From: Reclinomonas americana ATCC 50394
Taxonomy: Eukaryota
Assembly (NCBI GenBank): GCA_048213135.1
Contig: PS015504.1
Span: 60,505 to 102,889 of the forward strand
DNA: 42,385 nt
Direction of reading: 5' to 3'
Both the position numbers and the translations under genes were made by a program. Position 1 is the stretch's first letter; the number at the start of each line of letters is the position of its first letter. The notes below the pieces were generated by a model. The model worked only from the letters and a program-made list of their open reading frames with translations. It searched no databases and was not told the origin of the DNA. Shown piece by piece: positions 12,201 to 23,978 of the stretch.

Positions 12201-14096
12201 AGGCGGATCTTTAGACAAAGAAATGCGAAATTGTCATCCGCACCTGCTCGCCCACTGCTCGACTGAGGCCGGCAGGTGGTGCCAGTGGTGGCACAGTGCC
12301 CGGTGTGCTGCTCCCCTTTGTCTTCTTCTTCTTGCTCTTCTTCTTGGCACTCTTGCTCTCTTCTCCATCGCCGCCCGCCGCGTCGCTACCGTGAGGCGCA
12401 ACCAGCGGCTCCACGCGTCTCCGGGGCAGCGCGGCGACTGGTCGACCATCGGCCGTCGTGGCGGTGGTGATGTTGAAGTTGGAGAGCGTGGCCGGTCCGT
12501 CGCCGGTGGATGAAGGTGCACCGTCGCCCGAGGTGGGGTTCTGGAGAGGGAAGGGGAAGAAGGGCGTGAGAAGTGCATCGAAGTACCAACGTGGTAAGAC
12601 AGTGCAGCGGGGATTGTTCAATGAGAGAAAGCACAACTTGCGGAAACAACGACGAGTGTCACAAAGAGGGGTGTCAGAGAGCAACTCAAGAAAACATCGG
12701 AGAGTACAGAAGGGACGAGCAGAACGATCGCACAGGAGAAGAGCATCGGAGGGGCGGGAGAGAGTCACGCAGCACGGTGGATCGCAGAAGGAAGAGAAGA
12801 GGACCGCGCGAAGGGACGAGACTGAATCGCACAGGGTGCACCGGAGAGGGGTGATGAATCACACCGGAGTGTAAAGGAATCGCGAAGGGATGACACTGAA
12901 TCACACGCAGTGCGATAGGTTGAATAATACCGCGAAGGAAGGACGACGGATTGCAGAGGAGGAGGGAGCGAAGAGGGATCGCAAACGGTTGAGAAACGCA
13001 CTGCGAACGCATCGCGCAAGGATGGCAAACACATCGCAAATGGTGAGACTAAATCGCATCGGAGTGAGAAGGCATAGCGAGCACATGAGAAACGCACCGC
13101 AAGGGAATGAGAAGCGCAGAGCGAAAGGGTTGAAAAGTATCGAAGGAACGAGAACAGTTTGCAGAGGAGAAAGACGCGCATCACAGAGCGATGAGTGGAG
13201 TACTGCGAACAGCTGAAAAGTATCGCGAAGAACGAGAAGCGCATCATGGAGGGTGCGAAGAGGGATCGCGAGCGCAGGAGAAACGCATTACAAAGGAGTG
13301 AGGGTTGACAAGTGCATCATGGAGGGCGTGAAGAAGGATCGTGAACGCACGAGAAACGCATCATAGAGACGTGAAGAGCACACGCATTGCAGAGACGCAA
13401 GACACGCGCATCGCAAAGTGGTGAGAAGCACATCCACGGAAAGGGATCGCTGCCACAGTTGACCTGCAGCAGTCGATATCTCCCCAAAAAAGCAGAACAT
13501 CAAGCGCGGTAACTCACTGTCGGTTCTCCATCCACAGCAGGCGCAATCTCCGGCGGCGCTACACCCCACAAAGAGCGTCAGAAACATACATCTCGGATAA
13601 AAAAAAACCAACCAACAAATAAACACATGAAAGAAGCAACAATGAGGCGCAACAATGATACGCGTTTTCTGTGCCAAGCAACTGCGCTCGGAGTGCGCCC
13701 GTCCACGAACCCACTTGCACAATGTCCAACACCAAAAGCTGAGAGAGAGAAGTGAAAGAGTGTGAGAAAAAAAGACACAGAGAGAGTGAGAGAGACACAC
13801 TTGAGCACGTGCCTGCCAGAGAGCACATTGACGAACAATGGCGCTGTTGTGTGAATGAGAGAGAGCGTGTGAGTGTGTGAGAGAGGAAGGAGACGTCGCA
13901 CTGTCTTTTTCTCTCACTCTACTCACCGACGACGTTGTACTGTAGTCGGTGACGCCTGATTGGCAGCAGCTGTCCCACCACCGCCACCTCCTCCGCGACT
14001 GAGAGAGAGAGAAAGAGAGAGTGAGTGCGTGGAAGTCAGACGCGTGCTCATAAACAGACGACGAAACTATGATCGCGGGGAAGGCATCAGCTCCAT
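9271..14096 (-). CDS. EF-hand domain protein with long low-complexity C-terminal half (about 17 exons)
   Basis: In-frame spliced path from MELMPSPRSY... to ...RPAAAASAR* (TAG 9271-9273). EF-hand LWECADADYDGVLSRGEYRMFF followed by AEWDQD...ITFALFFDSMFEIIDTWTDSVDSREY, a degenerate second EF-like motif. The 5' exons are less certain. Confidence 0.7.
12560..13450. repeat. Degenerate ~70-bp tandem repeat array inside intron 12541-13517 of the EF-hand gene
   Basis: Adjacent copies gcgcatcatggagggtgcgaagagggatcgcgagcgcaggagaaacgcat (~13240) and gtgcatcatggagggcgtgaagaaggatcgtgaacgcacgagaaacgcat (~13312); the motifs agggatcgc and gagaaacgca recur at ~12975, ~13087 and ~13441. Confidence 0.6.
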
Positions 14097-14262
14097 GAGC
14101 GCCCCACTCTCTCTCTCTCGCTCACTACAAAAAAAACGCGAGTGTGGAGATGTGTGTGCGTGCGGAAATGTGTGTCAGCCGTCAACGTCCGGTCGACGTT
14201 GCGCCGTCCCGCGGTCCCGGCGCGGTGATTGTCCATCACTCAGTGTGCGATTTGTGTGTGCG

Positions 14263-17020
14263 ATGGTGGTGCGTGTTTGTGTGTGAGAGTGAGAGACAAC
14301 AAGAGTGTGTGTGTGTCAGGCAGCGCTGAGGAGAAGAAATAGTATCGGACAATATGAATTTTATCACAGAAAGTCAGAGTGATTGAGAAGAGAGAAGAGC
14401 TCTCTCTCTGTGTCTTCTCTGTCTCACCTCTCTGTGCATGTTCAAGGCGTGTTGTTTAACTCTATTTGTGATTATTTTGTGATTTATAGGGAGTGATTCT
14501 TGCGACATCGAGTTACGATCATACGATTCGGTTGTGGGAGGCTCCGAGCGGGATTTGTTATCGCACTCTGCAGTATCAGGATAGCGTTGCGTTTCTCTGT
14601 GTGTGTGTGGTGGTGGTTGGGCAGGAGGGAGGGCGAGGGTGAGAGGGAGGGAAGGAGGGAGGAGTGGGAGAGAGGGGGAGGGAGAGAGAGAGAGAGAAGA
14701 GCAGAGGAGAGACCTGCGCTCTCCTTCCATGCTCCCTCAGTCTGCTAGTGTGTTGCGTCCCTCTCTAACTACGAGACGAACAGATGCGGGGACAAGAAAG
14801 TGCGTTCTGAGCGAGAATGCATGAGAGGGAGAGCAGAGAGACCTGCGCTGTTCCTTTCCCACTCTTCCGCATCAGCTTGTGTGTCACCTCCCTCTCTGAC
14901 TACGAGACGAACAGATGCGGGGACAAGAAAGCGAGAAAGCACGAGAGAGAGAGGAGCTGTGTACTCTTCCTTTCCCACTCTCTCTCAGTCTGCATGTGTG
15001 TCGCCTCCCTCTCTGACTACGAGACGAACAGATGCGGGGACAAGAGAGCGAGAAAGCAAGAGTGGGAGAGCAAGAGAGGGAGATCGTCTCTCGTTCCCAC
15101 TCCGTCTCAGTCTTCTTGTTTGTCGCCTTGCTCTCTGCGTACTGACAAGAGACAAGAAGAGTGTTCTGAGCGAGAATGCAAGAGAGGGAGAGAGGCCTGA
15201 GCTCTCCTTTCCACTCTTCGCAGTCTGCTTCCCCTCTGAATGCGAACGGGTGAGATGCGATCTGAGCGAGAAAGCAAGAGAGGGAGAGAGGCAGAGATAG
15301 ACATCGTCTCTCGTTCCCACTCTTCGAACGAGAGAGATGCGGAGACAAGAAGTGTGTTATGCGCGAGGAAGTAGACGAGAGAGAGACCGTCTCGTATGCC
15401 CATGCTCCTCAGCTTGCTTGTGTGTGGCGTCGATCTCTGAGCACGACGTGGCATGTCTGTTCCCCGTCGCTCTCCACTCACTCACTCTCTCCTTCTTCCA
15501 ACCCTGCAGCAAGTAAACTGCCTGTGCACCACCCCCGACCGCCAGTTCCTGGCCGCCGGTGGGCACTCACACATTCGCCTGTTTGATCTCAACTCCAAGA
15601 ACCCACAGCCGGTGCGTTTCTTTCTTTGCCTGCTTCTCCTCCCTTGTCAAGTCCTCAAGCACACACCACGATGCAGGTGGCCAACTTTGAGGGGCACACC
15701 AACAATGTCACCTCGATTGGGTTTCAGCGCGACGGGCGGTGGATGTACAGTGGATCGGAGGACGGCACGATTCGTGTGTGGGATGTGCGGTGCGTGTGTG
15801 CCTGCGTGATGTGCGTCACATGTCGCGTGCTGTGGGCTCACTGCTTTTGTACACACAGAACAAGTCAAGTGCAGCGGGAACTGAAGCACAGCGCGGCTGT
15901 CAACTCGGTGGCGCTGCACCCGAATGAGGTTTGTAGTGGGGTTGGCGAGTCATTCGTTCTATTTTCTCACGTCGTGTGCGCGCAGCGGCAATTCTTCTCT
16001 GGCGACCAACATGGTAATATTCGCGTGTGGGACATCAACATGAACGAGTGCTCGCTCGAGCTGGTGAGTGGGAGGAGCGAGAAAGCAGAGGCGAGGGAGT
16101 GGCAGCGAGAGAGCGGAGGCGAGGGAGTGGCAGCGAGAGAGCGGAGGCGAGGGAGTGGCAGCGAGAGAGCGGAGGCGAGGGAGTGGCAGCGAGAGAGCGG
16201 AGGCGAGGGAGTGGGAGAGAGAGAGCGGAGGCGAGGGAGTGGCAGCGAGAGAGCGGAGGCGAGGGAGTGAGAGCGCGGGAGAGGAAGCCAGGGAGTTGGA
16301 GCGAGAGTGGAAGCGTGTGCCTTGTCAGTCATCCTCTTCGTTCTTCTTGTGCTCACGACGCCCGCCCACCGCAGATCCCCGATGGCGAAACAGCCATCCG
16401 GAGCGTGTGTCTGAACCCCGAGGGCACACTGGCCGTCGCGGCCAACAACAAGGGCATGTGCTTTGTGTGGTCGTGGGAGTCAAAAGAGGCCACTGACGAT
16501 GAGGTACACACACACACTCTCTCTCTCATACACACACACGCACAATGTCAGTCTGTCTGTCTCTCTGTCTGCCTGCCTGTCTACCTGTCTTCCATCCCCC
16601 CTCACTCTCTCATTCCTCCAGACTGGCAGCGCTGGCACCCCGCACGAAGAGAGCGACGAGACCGCATCACTCCCCGACGTATACTCGGTGCTACAGCCGC
16701 GCTACAAGCTGGAAGCGCACAAAACCTACATCCTCAAGAGCGTCTTCTCGCCCGACGGCCGCTACCTGGCCACCACCAGCGCCGACAAGACCGTCAATCT
16801 GTGGAACACCAGCACATTTGATCTGTACAAGACCCTCGAAGGCCACCAGCGCTGGGTGTGGGACTGCTCCTTCTCGGCCGACTCGGTGTACCTGCTGACG
16901 GGCTCCAGCGACGGCACCGCACAATTGTGGGACGTCGGCACTGGGCAATCCATCAAGACCTACAGCGGGCATCAGAAGCCCGTGGTCGCCGTGTGTCTCG
17001 ACGACACCACTGATGCGTGA
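14263..17020 (+). CDS. LST8: TOR complex subunit LST8 (WD40)
   Basis: [106 protein letters not shown]...[30 protein letters not shown]...[13 protein letters not shown]: diagnostic LST8 sequence. The start exon (ATG 14263) is inferred from a phase-0 GTGCGT donor. The exon at 14490-14585 is not represented in its coding frame in the ORF track. Confidence 0.95.
14700..15360. repeat. Degenerate ~117-131-bp tandem repeat in LST8 intron 14586-15509
   Basis: Core ctacgagacgaacagatgcggggacaaga is exact at 14769, 14900 and 15017; weaker copies near 15150 and 15330 (gagacaagaag; ctgagcgagaa). Confidence 0.85.
16069..16290. repeat. 28-bp minisatellite (gagggagtggcagcgagagagcggaggc), about 7 copies, in LST8 intron 16064-16374
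   Basis: gagggagt recurs at 16093, 16121, 16149, 16177, 16205, 16233 and 16261. Confidence 0.95.
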
Positions 17021-17170
17021 GAGAGAGAGCTCAGCGGATGGTGGTTTTTTGCACAAGGAAGGGCAATCAAAAACGCAGATAATGAAGTGAGACGCGATGC
17101 TGTGTATGCGGGAGATATCGAACGAACGATCAATCGACCAAGAAAACCAATTTGCAACGAGCGAGAGAGA

Positions 17171-18924
17171 ATGGGTTGTGGGACTTCATCAGCGGCCACA
17201 CCTGTGAGCAATGCGCACTCGACGCCCGGCGATGCGCTGGCCTCCAAGACAATCGTCTTTGTGTTGGGTGCGCAAGTGAGAAAGAAAGAGAGAGAGAGAG
17301 ACTGACAGGTGGTGGCACGCGTCACTCTCTCTCTCACACTGCGTGAGTGAGTGAGAGAGAGCGTCCGTGACAGGCAGCGTGTGTGCGTGTGTCAGTGTGT
17401 GTGTGAGAGAAAGAAGTTATCGATTTGCAGTTGTGTTGATCGTTGATGATTGCTGTTTCTCACTCTGTCATCTCTCTAATAGGCGGTCCTGGCAGTGGCA
17501 AGGGCACGCAATCTGCGCGACTTGTGGCCGACTTTGGCTTCAAGCACTTGTCCGCGGGCGATCTGTTGCGCGAGGAGCAAGCACGTGGCGGGGAACGGGC
17601 GGAGCTAATTGACCGGCACATTCGCGAAGGGCTCATTGTACCGGCGGAGATCACGATATCGTTGTTGCGCGAGGCGATTGTGCGGGCGCCGGCGGACACG
17701 TGCTTTCTCGTGGATGGATTCCCGCGCTCGGTCGAGCAGGGACATGCGTTCGAGAAGGAGGTGAAACGCGGAGCGTTTTGCTTGTTTTACGAGTGCGCCG
17801 AGGAGGAGCTGGAGAAGCGCCTGTTGAAGCGCGGGGAGACGAGCGGGCGTGCGGATGATAACTTGGAGAGCATCCGTAAGCGTTTTGTGACGTACAAGCA
17901 GCAGACGATGCCGGTGATTGAGTTTTTCGGCAGCGAGAAGCGCCTGCAGGTGCGGTCTCACACTACCGGGTGGCGATGACGACGCTCTTGTGTTGTTTAC
18001 TCAGTTTGCGCACAGACCATTGACTCTGGTCGGGATGTCGACGAAGTCTACGCCGACACGAAGCGTGTCATTCACGAGACCCTCGGCGGCAAAGTCAAGG
18101 GAGTGGTGCGTGGTTGATTGGGAGAACTTGCATCTCTCTGTCACCCACAACGCTTTCTCGTCTTTGTTTTCCCTCGACTCGTCTGTCTTTGCATTCCCTC
18201 TCATAATCGGTGTCCCCTTGCATCTGCCTGCGCTGTCGTCAACAACGATGCTGGCGCTTACTTTGTTGTCTCTCGCGTTTGTGTTGTTGTTCACCTGTCT
18301 TGATCTTTTCCCTTGCTCTCTGCCTGCTTGTATCGTCGTTCAAAACGCTCTCGTTGATTCTGGTGTCTTTCTCCCTTCCGTGTCGCCCATATTTCTGACG
18401 TCTCTCAGCGCCTGTGTCGTCGTTCAATATGCTCATGTTGATTCTGGTGTCTTTCTCATGCCTTCTCGTTCTCGCTGCGCCTGTGCTCTTTCTTGCTCAG
18501 TTCTTCCCGTTGTCTCTCCCCGTTTCTCTTTGCCCTTATTACTTCTTCTCCTTTTCCCTTACTGTTTCTCGTCTATTTCTCCCTTCTCCTCATCTCCATC
18601 CCCTTCCTCATTCCCTCCTCTCTCCCCGTCTCCTCCCTCCCCTTCCACTTCACCTCCGTTCCCCTCTTTCCTCATCTCTCCTCCCTCCTCCCTCCTCCCT
18701 CCTCCCTCCTCCCTCCCTCCACCCTCCTCCCTCCTCCCTCCTCCCTCCTCCCTCCTCCCTCCCCTTCTCCCTCCCCTTCTCCTCCCACTTCCCCTTCCCC
18801 TTCCCCTTCCCCCTCCCCTTCCCTCCCCCTCCTCCCTCCCCCTCCTCCCTTCCCCTTCCCCCTCCTCCCTCCCCTCCTTTGCTCACCACCCCCTCCCCGC
18901 ACGCAGTCCGCCCCCGCGGCATAA
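17171..18924 (+). CDS. UMP-CMP kinase / adenylate kinase family protein with N-terminal MGCGTSS extension
   Basis: TIVFVLG|GPGSGKGTQSARLVADFGFKHLSAGDLLREE, FLVDGFPRSVEQG, KRGETSGRADDNLESIRKRF. The 3' end is either TGA 18115-18117 or, via intron 18106-18906, a last exon SAPAA* ending at 18924. Confidence 0.92.
18230..18900. repeat. Degenerate duplication (18333 / ~18417) plus polypyrimidine (CCT/CT) low-complexity tract
   Basis: tcgtcgttcaa...gttgattctggtgtctttctc occurs twice about 84 bp apart; 18590-18900 is almost purely C/T. Confidence 0.8.
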
Positions 18925-19132
18925 AACAAACAACCACGACGAGAGGGGGAAAGAGACAGAGACGTTGACTCGACACATCGCCCTTCCCCCTTTGTTTGTA
19001 TGTAAAGTATCTTATGTACGGCCCGGTTTTGCTCGCGCACGTTTGCGAACGCACGCGCTCTTCTATATTTTCAGTGTGTGTAGCAGTCGCGAGGGGTCAA
19101 GTCTTCCTCGCCCACTCGCTCGCACGAGCAGG

Positions 19133-22100
19133 ATGGAGCCTCCACAGAGCGGCCTCTTGCCGCGCATCAGGTGCATTGCTGTGTCGACATACAAAATGTA
19201 TCTAGGGTGAACTCAAGCACACATGCAGGTCGACCTCAATTGAGCGCCTCATCCAGCTGGCGAGCAACTCCGGCGACCAGTACATGAGCTCGGCCATCTC
19301 TGACGTGCTCATGCAGCTGGTGGACCGCACGCCGGTGGATATCGCCGCGCTGTCCGCGATTCATGCGCCGCCTGCGATGGTGGCCACACCAGCTGGCGCC
19401 AGTGGCAACACCGCGAAATCGCCTTCACCAGCGCGACGAAAGTTGCTGCCACACGGCCGATTGCCACCTACAATGGGCGGAGCGGCGGTGGCGGCAAGTA
19501 GCGGCATGCTGACGCCGACCAAGCAGATTGGAGCAGATAGCTTTGTGCCGACGGGCGACGTGCCACACCCAGTCATGCAACCGCGCGACATTACCACACT
19601 GCAGAGTCGTTCGTGGATCGCCGATCACTCGCGAGTGCGGTTCCCCAGTTCCCCCGACCTTTTCCGGTGAGCCCTTTTCCTGCCTCCATGCTTCCCTCTC
19701 CAGAATTCTCCTCACTGCGCCACCCGCCTGCCAGCGACCGGTTCGGCGCACTCGACACTTGGCCAGCGAATAGCACACAGACACGCTTCCCCTCTCCCAC
19801 CAAGTCGCGGACCAAGAAGAAGGCACCAAAGTTTGACCGTCGTGATGCTTTCACCCGCCCCGTGACGCTGCTGGACACGGAACCACCGTCGCCGCCTGCG
19901 GCGTTTGCCTCCGAATCACCCGAGTTGCGCGAGCTGGTCGGCAGTGAGAGCTTGGATGGCGGCGGAGACATGCGTGCCCCGCACACACCCGTGCAAGGGG
20001 AGCAGGACCAGCAACAGCAGCACCAGCAACAGTCCTCGTCCTCACACAAGAAGGCGAGGCAGGAGACGAGACCAAGTGTTGTCGGTCGTCGCCAGCCGGC
20101 CGCCCTGCAGACCGGTGACTTGTCGCCGGTAAAGCGACAAAGGAGAGACAGCCCCGAGGTTGTCGACGGTGATGGAGCGGAGGTGGATGGTGCGGTATAC
20201 TTGGTCTCGTGTTTTTTTTTGTAGGTCTCAACTACTCACCCCTTGTTTTGCACAGCGCATGCCAGCAGAACAAGTGTGGAGGCCGACAGGATGCAGCGCT
20301 ATGTTGGCGGCTCCAAGCCACAGCTGCTACGGCAGCTGGAAATGTACTTGGATGAGAACCTCACTCGACTCGGCGACCTCGGGTGCGTCCACTTGCTCGT
20401 GCCGTCTTCCTCACAGCACTGCTGACTGTTCCGACTGTTGCAGGCAAGAGGGACCACCGAATCTGCATCGCTTGGCCGTATTCCGTGAGACACTGAGTTG
20501 CGCATTCGTCTCCTCTGCCCACCTTCAATTTCTTTGCTTACCTTACTCGCCATGACAGGCCTTCTCCTGGAACAATTCAAAACGTACAAGCCCATCCTGT
20601 CGCGCATCGTGCAAGAGTACGAGACCAACTTGCAAGTGCTGCATGCCAGCCACCTGCTGATTCCCAAGCTGCGACAAAGCATATCCTACGTTCGAGCCGA
20701 GCAAACGCGCTCGGTGACGCAGGTGCACGACGAGTTTCACACTGCCACGACGGAGATGCGACAACAGATCAGGGAGCTGGAGAACAAGCTGCAGAGTGTG
20801 TCGGATGAATTCAGTTGCGCGCCGCACGTACGCCTTCGCCTCTTTGCAGCTCACCATTACTCACTCCCGAGAGCACAGCTGTGTTGACGTTGGAGTACGA
20901 GGAGGCCGACAAGGAGCGCCAAGTGCTGCGACGCGACAACTCCGAGCTCCGCACACAGAACACTGCGCTGATGGAGGCTCTGAAGGATTTCCGCGAGCGT
21001 GCTGCCACCAGCGAGGAGCTCGCTGCCCGCTTGCGTGAACTGGCCCTCGACCGCGATCGTGTTCTCGACGGTACCGACACATTCCCTCCTCCGCTCCACA
21101 GCCCTTGTCACTTGCAGTAACAGATGCTCTGCCTCTTGCAGTTGAGCGCAACTTGGCCGCCGTCACCAGGGAACTGGAAAAGACGCGCAGTGACCTGTCG
21201 CTCTCTGTCAGCGCCGCAGTGTACACCGAGCTGGAGCAGGCGGCTGCCGAGGTCCGCAAGGAGAATCACGCGCTGAAGAGCAAGACCAGTGTGTTGGTGC
21301 GCCGCTGCGTTTCGCTCGAATGCCTGCCCTCCACTGCCATTCATGTTTTTTTGCGTGCAGACAACACAACTCAAATCGGCCAGCGAACGTGCCGAACTGC
21401 TGGCCGCTCGACTCGCCGAGGCCGAGCGTGCGGTGCAGGCGGCGACAGTCTTGACCCCGAGACCCGACTGGCGTCGCGCATTCCGATCCATCCCCGAGGC
21501 CCTTCTGCCGGCACCACCAAACGGCGGCTCGTGGGCCATTGGCACCACTCCCACCAACGATGCCGTGGACTCGGTGCTCGAGCTCATGTCGACGCAGCAG
21601 TGCGTGGAGGTGTTGTTGAAGGAGGTCGAATCGGTGCAGCAGCAAGCCGTGCAATATGCCGTGCAAATGGACGAGCTGCGATGCGGCCTGTGGGTGTTTG
21701 GGAGGGCGGCACGAAAGCGTGCCGTGGCCGATGCCAATGGGTGCGTGTGATGCACGGATGTCTCTCGTCTTTTTGTTGACATTCTCACTCTCGGTGTGGA
21801 CGGCCTACAGTCGGCGTGGACAAGACAAGTGGCTGGTTGGGCTCGGCGACGGGCCGGATGTGCCGCGACACCTGCGCTGGGTGGGCAAGATCGCCAACAC
21901 CAATGTGCAGAAACGGGAGCTGCACGAGTCTGTGCGAGCGTTCTTGGAGCATCGTCGATCGGTGATGGCTGCGTACACACTAGAGAGCAGAACAGTGCCC
22001 GAGGTCAAGTCTTGCAGCGCCCCCCTGCGTGTTTTTTTGTCTCTGGGCCATCGCTAACGAGTTGTCGTGTCCGTGTCGCAGTTTGACGATGCGTGGTACG

Positions 22101-23472
22101 GTTTTGTCAAGTCACAGCAGAACGACAGCCACAAGGAGGCCACCGAGCGCATCTACAATCTTGTGGACGCCCTTCAGCGCTACCGCGACGACGCCGAGCT
22201 GGACACTTTCAGCCGCGTCCTCAAGGGTGTGCATTCAACACACAAGTTTCCTCTCCTTGTTGTGCTCCACTCGCACTCAATCAACTCATGTGCAGGCGAG
22301 CTGGACGAAGCAGTGTTGGGCGAGCAACAGAGCCTGGTGGCGCTGTTGAACAAGAAATTGCATCGGGTGGTGGACAAGGCGGCGGCGGCGGCGGCATCAG
22401 CTGGCCCCGCAGCCTCCCCCGCCGCCAACGAGATGCCGTGGGAGGCGTTCTGGAGCTGCGTAAAACGAGCGTGTCCAGCCAAGTCCGACGCCTATCTCCG
22501 TCGCTTGGAGGAGGTTGGTGACTTGCACTCCTTCTACGTCTTGCAACCTCCTCACTCAACGCATGCGGCTCGCTGCGATTGCAGGCCGTACGATTGGATT
22601 TCGACGGACAGCTTCCGGCGCAGGTGCCATTCGAGACCCTGCTGCAAGAGGACGGCGATCTGTGCAGCAGTGAATTCGTCGATGAACTGCGCCTCCAGCA
22701 TGTGGTGGAGCGTGAAGTCTTCTTCCGCGATCTCATGGTGTGTGTGTGTGTCGACTCCTTCTTCGGCAACAAGCATGAGTATATATGGCTAACTGATCGG
22801 TGCTTGCCGCACGCAGCTGGAGATCATGAGTCGGGCGTCGATGGACGGTGAAATCTCGCCCAACGAGGCCCTCGCTGCAATCCAGGCAGTGGATCCGGCG
22901 CAGCAGGTACGAGTGGGAGGCAGAAGTGGAGGTGTGATTCGAGACGGCTCATCGTGCTGTGTGATTTCCAGATACGAGAGCTGGATCACTTGGTGGCGCG
23001 TGGCTTCGACATGCTGACTCGCATCGAGCTGCTGATTCCTGTGGGTGGTGTGGTGGACGAATCGGGCGCCACGTCCAAGCGCTCGTACCGATCGCAGATG
23101 CGCGTGTCGGCTCACGACTTTTGCCAGGTGTGGTCGAGCATGCTCTGGTGATCTTGCGTGTGGTGGCGCGTCGACTCACTTTCTACACTCAGCGTCTGCG
23201 CACGGGAGCGTTGCGCCGACGATCGCGAAAACAGTACATTCGACACGGCACCGGCGTCAAGATGCTGCTCGGCGACGGTCTCGCGGCGGTGCTCCGCGGC
23301 ACGAGCTCCGGATCCTCGCACGGCAGGCGAGCACCGTCCACCGATCAAGTTGCGTCGCCCTGCGCTGCATCAGCGCCTTGTGTTTTTTTCCTCTTATCCA
23401 GTCGTCGCCTGCATGCAGGAGGCTCCGTCGCGACCACTGGTGCCACTGGAGCCCCCACGTGGACCATTGTAG
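19133..23472 (+). CDS. TSNAXIP1: Translin-associated factor X-interacting protein 1 (TSNAXIP1)-family protein, about 17 exons
   Basis: SKPQLLRQLEMYLDENL...RLAVFRETLSLLLEQFKTYKPILSRIVQEYE (TSNAXIP1_N-like), coiled coil, LTPRPDW, LVGLGDGPDVPRHLRWVGKIAN and YNLVDALQRYRDDAELDTFSRVLKGELDE are family-typical motifs. Final exon EAPSRPLVPLEPPRGPL* is inferred. Confidence 0.8.
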
Positions 23473-23978
23473 CAGGAGACGAGGTAGTAATGAAGAAGAA
23501 AATGGCAATTGTTTGCAACTTCCGACAGACGGCTAGCTGTGGTTGAGGTCACTGCAGCATCACAGACGGCCTTTGATATTCACGGAAGTCTCACGACCTT
23601 CTTTCGAGTGGTTCTTGCATTCGCCACTTGGGCTTTCTCATGCTGTCGTTCTCAGTTTTTTGATACCCATTCAAGACAGTGATGATCATGCAGCTGTGTT
23701 GCGTTTTGCAAGTTGCCTATGGGCGTGATGATCATGCTGTGTTGCCACGAGCGAAGTCGTAGTTTTTCCGAAGGACCTTCTATTCCATTTGTCCTCGTTT
23801 CACACGCATACGTACCGGTGAGCACAAACAGCACCTCACCCACACAGCTCCTGAGTATGAGTGGCCACCTTGCACATGCACATGTGTGTGTGTGGACGTG
23901 TGTGTGTTGCTGACCATGGCGCACATGTTGTCTCCACACAACCACCGACCCCCACTCACTCTCTCCCACTCACAGAGA

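Noticed and set aside
12458-13216. Arg-rich plus-strand ORFs (138 and 108 aa) as nested genes
   Set aside because: They are translations of the purine-rich intronic repeat with no recognisable domain.
13739-13812. Possible GC donor (CAG|GCACGT) in the EF-hand gene
   Set aside because: An in-frame GT donor (GTGTGT) 12 nt downstream explains the junction equally well.
14438-14489. LST8 start at ATG 14438 with a 43-nt GC-AG intron
   Set aside because: ATG 14263 with a canonical GTGCGT donor gives the same frame and a typical N-terminus, and 43 nt is below the local intron size range.
14769-15050. CRISPR-like array (29-nt exact repeats with spacers)
   Set aside because: The intervening segments are 88-102 nt and similar to each other. 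The array is in a eukaryotic LST8 intron with no cas genes.
17918-19210. 430-aa Pro/Ser/Leu-rich ORF
   Set aside because: Arises from stop-poor polypyrimidine sequence in the inferred terminal intron or 3' region of the kinase.
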